From an uncultured Sphingomonas sp. (GTDB lineage Bacteria > Pseudomonadota > Alphaproteobacteria > Sphingomonadales > Sphingomonadaceae): DNA of 64,000 nucleotides. The translations under genes and the position numbers were made by a program. The stretch's first letter is position 1, and each line of letters starts with the position of its first letter. Below the pieces are notes generated by a model, which was given only the letters and a program-made list of their open reading frames with translations, had not been told where the DNA came from and searched no databases. Where the stretch lies: contig CAJYLV010000052.1 in NCBI GenBank assembly GCA_913776255.1, positions 2,883-66,882 on the forward strand, given 5' to 3'. Shown piece by piece: positions 61,081-64,000 of this stretch.

Positions 61081-61713
61081 ATGCCACTAGTAGCCGGATC
61101 GAATTCGTTCGAAAGCGCTGCTTTGCCGAAGGGCTTCAAGTCGCGCGGGGTCGTCAAGACCCGCACGTCCATGAAGTCTCCGGACGGTCACATGGTGTCC
61201 CCCATTGCGGGGCGCCGCTTCGTCTGCATCGACGATCCGGAGGCGGTCGACGCGCGCCGCATGCGGATCAACCCGCAGACGGCGGAGAACCTCGTCGGCA
61301 CGGTCGTCCGGCCGCAGTCCGGCGTGCCCACGATCGCGGCGGACGGCGCCAGTCTCGTGTGCGAGGGCGTCGTCCTTTCGAGCGGCCAGCGGCTCGTCTT
61401 CGCGTTCAATTTCATGACGTGGGGCGACATGCCCTGGAACGATTTCGCGACGTTCGAGGCGTTGCCGACCAATCCCGGCTCCTATGGCCTGCGCCGCTAC
61501 GTGCTGTGCGATCTGGCGGAACTGGCCACCGCCGGCCGGCGCGCGTCCGATTGGCGGCTGGTGACGTGGAGCCTCACCGACGATTTCACCGGAACGCTCA
61601 CCTGGACCGTGGCGAACGGGCAGGAGGTTACCGACTGGACCTTGCTCGATCCGGCGGCGGAGGCCTTCTCGAACCCGCCGGCGCTGCTCATCGACGATAT
61701 TCGGGTGTTCTGA
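61081..61713 (+). CDS. Hypothetical protein, predicted beta-sandwich
   Basis: 210 aa with G-rich RBS; NSFE...FAFNF..D.PWNDFA...ALLIDDIRV; ends 19 bp before the oxidase gene. Confidence 0.75.
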   Translation: MPLVAGSNSFESAALPKGFKSRGVVKTRTSMKSPDGHMVSPIAGRRFVCIDDPEAVDARRMRINPQTAENLVGTVVRPQSGVPTIAADGASLVCEGVVLSSGQRLVFAFNFMTWGDMPWNDFATFEALPTNPGSYGLRRYVLCDLAELATAGRRASDWRLVTWSLTDDFTGTLTWTVANGQEVTDWTLLDPAAEAFSNPPALLIDDIRVF

Positions 61714-61732
61714 CAGGGGAAAGGGAGGGGGC

Positions 61733-64000
61733 ATGATGCACGTCGCCGATTTCCGCTTCGCATGGCTGCGCAAGGCAGCGCTCGCACTCTGCCTGTTCGG
61801 ATTGGGCGGCTGCGCGGCGACGACTGGCCATGTCACGGCGGCCGGCGGCGGCCCGATGGTCGACGATGCCCCGCCATCGGGGCGGACCGTGACCGCGGAC
61901 GTCGTCGCGATCAACCAGCCGATCGTCTACAACCGGTTCGGCTCCACGAACCCGTGGGGGATGATCTACGCGCTGCGACGCGACACCGAACGTGCGGAGG
62001 ATGGCCAGACGGTGTTGCGCCCGGCGCGTCGACCGCGACCGCTGGTGCTGCGCGTCGCGGCCGGGGACGTGCTCGAGATCACCTTCCAGAACCTGCTCAG
62101 ACCCGTGGCGGACGAAGGATCAACCGGCGGCGCGGCGGCCGCGCCGTCCGCGGCAGGCACGGGCGTGACCGTGCCCGATCCGCCGAACGATCCGCGCACG
62201 CGGCGCGCGGGCATCGCGATCGTCGGCCTCGAGGCGCTCGACGGCAACGATCCTCTGGCGACCGGGCTGGTCGGCGTCGATCCCGGTGCGCGGCAGACTT
62301 ACCGGTTCAGGACCTCGCGCCCGGGCGCCTATTTCTTCTCCAGCCTCGCCGCGATCGCGGGGGGCGAGGGCAACGGCGGATCGTTGACCCACGGTCTGTT
62401 CGGCATGGTGATCGTCGAGCCGCGGGGCGCGCGTTTCTATCGCAGCCAGGTGGACGAGCGCGCTCTCGCCTGTGCCAAGGGCGCGCGTGGCGATTGCGCC
62501 GCCAACGCCGGCGCCCCCGGTTATGTCAATTACGAGGCGATCGATCCCGTCGACGGCAGTCCGGTGCTCAACATGCTGGCCGAGCGCGGTGCGCATCGCG
62601 CCGAGCTCGTCCACGGCGACCTGACGGCGATCGTGGTCGATCCGGCGGCCGCGGCGCAGGTGGGCCAGCCGGCGACGGACGGCGCACGATCGGGGCGCGA
62701 GGCGTGGCGCGAGTTCGCGATCATGTTCCACGACGAACTGAAGACGGTCCACGCCCCCGATTTCGCAATCCTCAACGATCCGCCGGAGGGCGATGTCGCC
62801 GCCGCGGCGCGCAACAGGCAGCTCGCCGGTATCCGCGACGGCTTCGCGATCAACTATGGCGCGAGCGGCGCGGGCACGATCGTTCTGGCCAATCGCCTCG
62901 GCAGGGGCCCGGCCCGGAAATGCGTCGATTGTGCGTACGAGGAATTCTTTTTGCAAAGCTGGGCCAACGGTGATCCGGCGCTGCTGCCGGAATATCGCGA
63001 CGACCCCAGCAACGTCTATCACAGCTATCTCGGCGACCGGGTCAAATTCTACAATGTCCACGCCGGTCCGAAGGAAACCCATGTCTTCCACCTGCATGCG
63101 CATCAGTGGCTCTCGCAGAGCGCAGGCAGTCGCGGCAATTATCTCGACAGCCAGACGATCGGGCCGTTCCAGGCGTTTTCCTACGAAATCTATTACGGGG
63201 GCACCGGCAACCGCAATCTGACGCCCGGCGACTCGATCTTCCACTGCCACCTCTATCCGCATTTCGCGCAGGGCATGTGGGGACTCTGGCGGGTCCACGA
63301 GACGCTGGAGGACGGCACCCGTGCGCTGCCCGACGGCGGCGGCATGAACGGCGAGTGGGAAGGGCCGGGGACCGATCCCGCCACCGGGCTTGCCAAGGGG
63401 GGAACCCCGATCCCAGGTCTCGTCCCGCTGCCGGGTCAGGCGCTCCCGCCCGAGCCGACCTACCTCGACACGGCCGGCGACGACGCGATGCCCGGCTACC
63501 CGTTCTACATCGCGGGCAAGCGCGGCTATCGTGCACCGCAGGCGCCGAACGACATTTTCGAGGATGGTGGCTTGCCGCGCCATGTGACGGAGCTGCCCGA
63601 TGGCATCTCGATCACCCAGGCGCGCCATGTCCTGCCGATCGAACAGGCGCTCGACCAGGCCGACCTCACCTTCCCGATCGAGGCGGTCAAGCTGTCGATC
63701 CTGCCGCAGGAGGGAACCCGGCTGGAGCGCGCGGCGATGAAGTTCCACGCGCGCGCCGGCGGCCGGATCCCGCGCCCGCTTTCCGACAATCTGGGGCTGA
63801 GCGCGCCGGGGGGCTTCCTCGTCAACGGCCTGCCTGCCGCGCCCGGCGCGCCGTTCGCCAATCCCTGTCCCGAAGAGCCGGGTCAGGCCGATCACTGGGT
63901 CAACGGTCTGCCCTCGCTGGCGACGGGGATGCGACGCTACGACGTTTCGGCGATCGAACTCGACCTCGTCGTCAACCAATATGGCTGGCACGACCCGCAG
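61733..64000 (+). CDS. mnxG: Large MnxG-type multicopper oxidase, N-terminal ~756 aa (runs off the window end)
   Basis: Manual translation: GGAGG RBS, LGGC lipobox, YNRFG, RPRPLVLRVAAGD, CVDCAYEEFFL, HVFHLHAHQW (63080), HCHLYPHFAQGMW (63242), GWHDPQ at the window end, all in one frame. Confidence 0.85.
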   Translation, partial: MMHVADFRFAWLRKAALALCLFGLGGCAATTGHVTAAGGGPMVDDAPPSGRTVTADVVAINQPIVYNRFGSTNPWGMIYALRRDTERAEDGQTVLRPARRPRPLVLRVAAGDVLEITFQNLLRPVADEGSTGGAAAAPSAAGTGVTVPDPPNDPRTRRAGIAIVGLEALDGNDPLATGLVGVDPGARQTYRFRTSRPGAYFFSSLAAIAGGEGNGGSLTHGLFGMVIVEPRGARFYRSQVDERALACAKGARGDCAANAGAPGYVNYEAIDPVDGSPVLNMLAERGAHRAELVHGDLTAIVVDPAAAAQVGQPATDGARSGREAWREFAIMFHDELKTVHAPDFAILNDPPEGDVAAAARNRQLAGIRDGFAINYGASGAGTIVLANRLGRGPARKCVDCAYEEFFLQSWANGDPALLPEYRDDPSNVYHSYLGDRVKFYNVHAGPKETHVFHLHAHQWLSQSAGSRGNYLDSQTIGPFQAFSYEIYYGGTGNRNLTPGDSIFHCHLYPHFAQGMWGLWRVHETLEDGTRALPDGGGMNGEWEGPGTDPATGLAKGGTPIPGLVPLPGQALPPEPTYLDTAGDDAMPGYPFYIAGKRGYRAPQAPNDIFEDGGLPRHVTELPDGISITQARHVLPIEQALDQADLTFPIEAVKLSILPQEGTRLERAAMKFHARAGGRIPRPLSDNLGLSAPGGFLVNGLPAAPGAPFANPCPEEPGQADHWVNGLPSLATGMRRYDVSAIELDLVVNQYGWHDPQ

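Overview
High-GC chromosomal segment of an alphaproteobacterium, most likely a Sphingomonas (inferred from gene content and CGTC-type palindromic repeats). Most of it is housekeeping: gor, pgi, lepB-rnc, pgsA-moaDE, tonB, oxyR-ahpCD, cysE, the phoR-pstSCAB-phoU-phoB operon and glmU-glmS. Embedded in it are a vapBC toxin-antitoxin pair, a GH2 beta-galactosidase with a divergent sugar porter, and an IclR-linked non-phosphorylative deoxy-sugar (L-fucose-type) operon whose first gene is an aldo-keto reductase fused to a SAF domain. There is also a TonB-receptor/Tat-esterase/LacI locus that contains an asparagine-synthetase-like protein with degenerate catalytic motifs, and about ten intergenic palindromic repeats, one a three-level nested element with IS-like ends. 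The most notable feature is at the right end and is missing from the ORF track because it has no stop codon in the window. It is a lipobox-bearing MnxG-type large multicopper oxidase (61733 to beyond 64000) with two uncharacterised neighbours that lack signal peptides, a candidate manganese-oxidation locus. No rRNA, tRNA, CRISPR array or intact transposase was seen. All family calls come from motif recognition; no database searches were run.
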